From contig JAUMXI010000006.1 of assembly GCA_030529185.1 (NCBI GenBank), positions 3,159 through 67,158 on the forward strand: 64,000 bases of DNA. The letters run 5' to 3'. Each line of letters starts with the position of its first letter. The stretch's first letter is position 1. The DNA is from Flavobacteriaceae bacterium (GTDB taxonomy: Bacteria > Bacteroidota > Bacteroidia > Flavobacteriales > Weeksellaceae). The notes beneath the pieces are model-generated. The model was not told the origin of the DNA, searched no databases, and saw only the letters and a program-made list of their open reading frames with translations. The translations under genes and the position numbers were made by a program. Below, in pieces: positions 60,958 through 64,000 of this stretch.

Positions 60958-61968
60958 ATGCTTACAAAAATTGACGAACTTTTAAATGAAGTAAGCCAGT
61001 TTCACTCCAATAACAAGGAAGAAATTGAGCAATTCAGAATAAAATTCAATGGAAAGAAAGGAATTCTAAACGATTTGTTTGAACAATTTAAATCCGTACC
61101 TAATGAACAGAAAAAAGAATACGGACAGAAAATCAACACGCTAAAACAAAGCATTGCAACAAAATTAGAGGAATTAAAGGAAAATTCTCCTGAACAAATC
61201 AATACAAGAAAAGAAGACCTTACTCGTCCCGCTTTTCCTTTGGAATTAGGGAGCAGACACCCTATTAATCTAGTAAAAAATAGAATTATTGAAATTTTCA
61301 AATCTATTGGTTTTGCCGTGTCTGATGGTCCTGAAATAGAAGATGATTGGCATAACTTTACCGCCCTTAATCTCCCTGAATATCACCCAGCAAGAGATAT
61401 GCAAGACACTTTCTTCATTGAGCAAAATCCGGATATTTTACTAAGAACGCACACTTCTTCAGTCCAGATTAGACATATGGAGGAAAATCAACCCCCTATC
61501 CGTATTCTTTCGCCAGGGAGGGTTTTCAGAAATGAGGCTATTTCTTCGCGTTCGCACTGTATTTTTCACCAAATAGAAGGGCTTTATATTGATGAAAATG
61601 TATCCTTTGCTGATTTAAAACAAACGATTCAGTTCTTTACAACAGAACTATTCGGAAAATCTAAAATAAGAATGAGACCTTCGTATTTCCCTTTCACGGA
61701 ACCAAGTGCAGAAGTTGATGTTTATTGGGGCTTGAATTCTGAAACGGATTACAGAATCACCAAAGGAACAGGTTGGTTAGAAATTATGGGTTGTGGAATG
61801 GTAGATCCTGCCGTACTGAAAAATGTAAATATTGACCCTGACAAATTCAGCGGATATGCTTTTGGGATGGGAATTGAGCGTATTGTAATGCTTCTTTACC
61901 AAATGTCTGACATTCGTATGTTTTTTGAAAATGATATCAGAACATTGGAACAATTCAAAGGTTTATAA
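60958..61968 (+). CDS. pheS: phenylalanine--tRNA ligase alpha subunit
   Basis: [12 protein letters not shown]… and class II motifs (…[19 protein letters not shown]…; …[10 protein letters not shown]…). The ORF-track start at 60928 is probably over-extended. Confidence 0.9.
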   Translation: MLTKIDELLNEVSQFHSNNKEEIEQFRIKFNGKKGILNDLFEQFKSVPNEQKKEYGQKINTLKQSIATKLEELKENSPEQINTRKEDLTRPAFPLELGSRHPINLVKNRIIEIFKSIGFAVSDGPEIEDDWHNFTALNLPEYHPARDMQDTFFIEQNPDILLRTHTSSVQIRHMEENQPPIRILSPGRVFRNEAISSRSHCIFHQIEGLYIDENVSFADLKQTIQFFTTELFGKSKIRMRPSYFPFTEPSAEVDVYWGLNSETDYRITKGTGWLEIMGCGMVDPAVLKNVNIDPDKFSGYAFGMGIERIVMLLYQMSDIRMFFENDIRTLEQFKGL

Positions 61969-62001
61969 AATAAAAGTCAGGATTTCAGCCCTGACTTTTT
62001 T
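61967..62001. terminator. bidirectional rho-independent terminator between convergent pheS and deoC
   Basis: AGTCAGG (61975-61981), loop atttcagc, CCTGACT (61990-61996), flanked by an A-run (61967-61974) and a T-run (61996-62001). Confidence 0.7.
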
Positions 62002-62005
62002 ATTT

Positions 62006-62752
62006 CTAATAATTTCCTTTTGCTTCACCTTCTCCCAGTAATGCTTTAGCAGATGAAGTGCCAATTCTTTTCACCCCCATTTTAATCATCTCTTGTGCTT
62101 CTTCGGGAGTTCTCACACCACCTGCCGCCTTTACGGAAAGTTCCCCAGCATTATCCAGCATTATCTTAATTCCTTCCTTTGTAGCTCCGTTGGGCTTTCC
62201 ATTTTCTGTCTGATAAAACCCTGTGGAAGATTTCACGAAAATATTCGGCAATTGTTCTTCTGGAAAACTAATTTTTGCCCATCTCAAAATATTTTTAGTA
62301 ATGTTGGTGATTTGCTCATCCGTTAAGGCTGCAATTTCAATAATCCATTTTGCAATTTTGTTATTTTTTAGGCAAAGCTCCGTTCCTTTTAAAAATTCAA
62401 ACTTTAAAAGTTCTACATTTCCTTTTTTAAAAGCGTCGTAATTAATTACAAAATCCAATTCATCAGCTCCGTCTTCTATGGCTTTTTGGGCTTCGTTTAG
62501 TTTATCAGCAACACTTGCCGTTCCTTCGTGGAAGCCAATCACTGTGCCTACTTTCACTTGATTAGGAGTTTGTTTTGCCAAAAATTCTTTTACTTGTTTT
62601 ACATATTCAGGGCGAATCATCACGGCAAACATTCCGCATTCCACTGCTTCTTTTGCCAAATCATAAACTTTTCGTAGTGTTTCCTCCTCTGATAATCCTG
62701 ATTGAGCAGGAGTTTTAAGATAAGTTGAGTCTAAAAATCGTCTTGTTTCCAT
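62006..62752 (-). CDS. deoC: deoxyribose-phosphate aldolase (long class I form)
   Basis: 248 aa with …KVGTVIGFHEG…, Schiff-base region …VKSSTGF… and …AGGVRT…. Confidence 0.75.
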   Translation of the reverse strand: METRRFLDSTYLKTPAQSGLSEEETLRKVYDLAKEAVECGMFAVMIRPEYVKQVKEFLAKQTPNQVKVGTVIGFHEGTASVADKLNEAQKAIEDGADELDFVINYDAFKKGNVELLKFEFLKGTELCLKNNKIAKWIIEIAALTDEQITNITKNILRWAKISFPEEQLPNIFVKSSTGFYQTENGKPNGATKEGIKIMLDNAGELSVKAAGGVRTPEEAQEMIKMGVKRIGTSSAKALLGEGEAKGNY

Positions 62753-62945
62753 AGCCCAAAAATAAAACTTTTATTTCAATTATTTTAATCAACTTTAATG
62801 AGATTTATCATAAACTTTCCTTAATGAAAAAAATTATTTTTAGATTAATTTTATATCGCTGATTTTGTATCAGTAAGACTTTTTGAAGATTCATTCTCTT
62901 GGAGAATGCCTAATATTAGAGTATTTTTGCGTAAAATTTGGATTT

Positions 62946-63713
62946 ATGGCAAAAATAATTGATTTATCTAAAACGATTGAACACAACCCAAAAGACCCTT
63001 GGTTTATGCGAATAAAAATCAAACACTTTTCTCACCAACGAAGCCATTGGTTGATAAGGTTGTTTTTGGGACTTCCGAAAAGATTATTTCCTAAAAATTT
63101 TATTGGCTGGGCAGATGATAAAATCGTTTCTATGGGCGTTCATGCAAGTACTCATATTGATGCACCGTGGCATTATAGCCCAATTTGCGAAGGTAAAAAA
63201 GCAAAAACCATAGATGAAATTCCATTGGAATGGTGCTATGGCAATGGTATTGTTTTGGATATGTCCCATAAAAAAGATTTAGAAATCATTTCGTTGGAGG
63301 ATATTCAAAATGAACTTCATCGCATTGATGCCCAAATTGAGCCTAACACCATAGTGCTTATTCGCACAGATAGAGACCAATTTTCAGGGACGCCAGAATA
63401 CCCAAACAAGGGAACGGGAATGAGTGCAGAGGCTACAAAATGGCTGATACAACAAGGTGTAAAAGTAATGGGAATAGACCAATGGGGATTTGATTTACCT
63501 CTAAAACATCAGGTGCAAAAAGCCAAAGAAACCAACAACAATGAGGTTTTCTGGGAAGCTCATTTGGTAGGACAAGAGCACGAATATTGCCATATAGAAC
63601 AATTGGTAAATTTAAAACAACTTCCCTCCAAAGGTTTTAAAGTGGCTGTATTTCCACTCAAAATAAAAAACGCTTCCGCTGCCCCAGCAAGAGTGGTAGC
63701 AATAATGGACTAA
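62946..63713 (+). CDS. cyclase-family protein (kynurenine formamidase-like metal hydrolase)
   Basis: MAKIIDLSKTIEHN… with HxD…H motifs (…GVHASTHIDAPWH…). The ORF-track start at 62883 adds 21 residues that are probably non-native. Confidence 0.65.
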   Translation: MAKIIDLSKTIEHNPKDPWFMRIKIKHFSHQRSHWLIRLFLGLPKRLFPKNFIGWADDKIVSMGVHASTHIDAPWHYSPICEGKKAKTIDEIPLEWCYGNGIVLDMSHKKDLEIISLEDIQNELHRIDAQIEPNTIVLIRTDRDQFSGTPEYPNKGTGMSAEATKWLIQQGVKVMGIDQWGFDLPLKHQVQKAKETNNNEVFWEAHLVGQEHEYCHIEQLVNLKQLPSKGFKVAVFPLKIKNASAAPARVVAIMD

Positions 63714-63747
63714 AAAAGGAATAGAGTTTTCTATTCCTTTTTTTCTT

Positions 63748-64000
63748 TTATCTTAAAAACACCAATTTGTTTTCAGTGGAAAGCTCATCACTTAAAATAT
63801 AACCTTCGTAATTGAATGCCTTTACTTCTTCCAAGTTTTTCACTTGATTTTCAGCACAAAAACGAACCACCAATCCGCGAGCGTGCTTGGTATAAACCAC
63901 TATAGTTTTAGGCTTCCCAGATTTCATTTCATAAAATTCAAAATCAATTACTTTGGCTTTCAATTGCTTTTTATTAACCACCTTAAAATACTCATTACTC
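63748..64000 (-). CDS. yaaA: peroxide-stress protein YaaA (UPF0246/DUF328), C-terminal part; the N-terminus lies beyond the window end
   Basis: The C-terminal region …IVVYTKHARGLVVRFCAENQVKNLEEVKAFNYEGY… is typical of YaaA. The in-window start is a GTG, and the reading frame stays open to position 64000. Confidence 0.6.
   Translation of the reverse strand, partial: SNEYFKVVNKKQLKAKVIDFEFYEMKSGKPKTIVVYTKHARGLVVRFCAENQVKNLEEVKAFNYEGYILSDELSTENKLVFLR

Overview
This window looks like core chromosome from an AT-rich Bacteroidota genome, probably class Flavobacteriia. Several upstream regions carry the TAnnTTTG -7 promoter motif (e.g. 13554-13561, 13955-13962, 26229-26236, 38962-38969) and I did not notice Shine-Dalgarno sequences. 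Other group markers are a 14-subunit nuo operon with a short NuoG, FGE-sulfatase-fold lipoproteins of the GldJ/GldK type, a BspA-like LRR lipoprotein, and lipoproteins carrying a Cys-x-(R/x)-(D/N)-E surface-export-like signal. Most of the content is housekeeping: polA (truncated at the window start), mscS-family, ung, mutS2-like, gcvH, TetR, bamD, rpoZ, coaBC, a TonB-dependent/ABC iron-complex uptake locus, miaA, rsmG, glyQS, oxyR, metK, murB, purE/purK, pyrG, yidC, nuoA-N, secG, rsmB-like, pheS, deoC and yaaA (truncated at the window end). I found no rRNA, tRNA, CRISPR array, transposase or integrase. The points worth a second look are these: (1) two non-nuo genes inserted inside the complex I operon, one a degenerate-HMA plus CDF-like membrane protein between nuoH and nuoI, the other an acidic 167-aa protein between nuoE and nuoD; (2) an adjacent pair of PLP enzymes, one alpha-oxoamine-synthase family and one CysK/CBS family, that fits the expected genetic signature of sulfonolipid (capnine-type) head-group biosynthesis; (3) a G10 homopolymer in the intergenic region next to a secreted Sel1-repeat protein gene, a candidate phase-variation tract; (4) an 898-aa BspA-type LRR surface lipoprotein built from near-identical tandem DNA repeats; (5) tandem non-catalytic FGE-fold lipoprotein paralogs; (6) tandem paralogous TonB-dependent receptors. 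I see no obvious defence island or mobile element, and my honest reading is that this is a mostly ordinary region with a few lineage-specific oddities.
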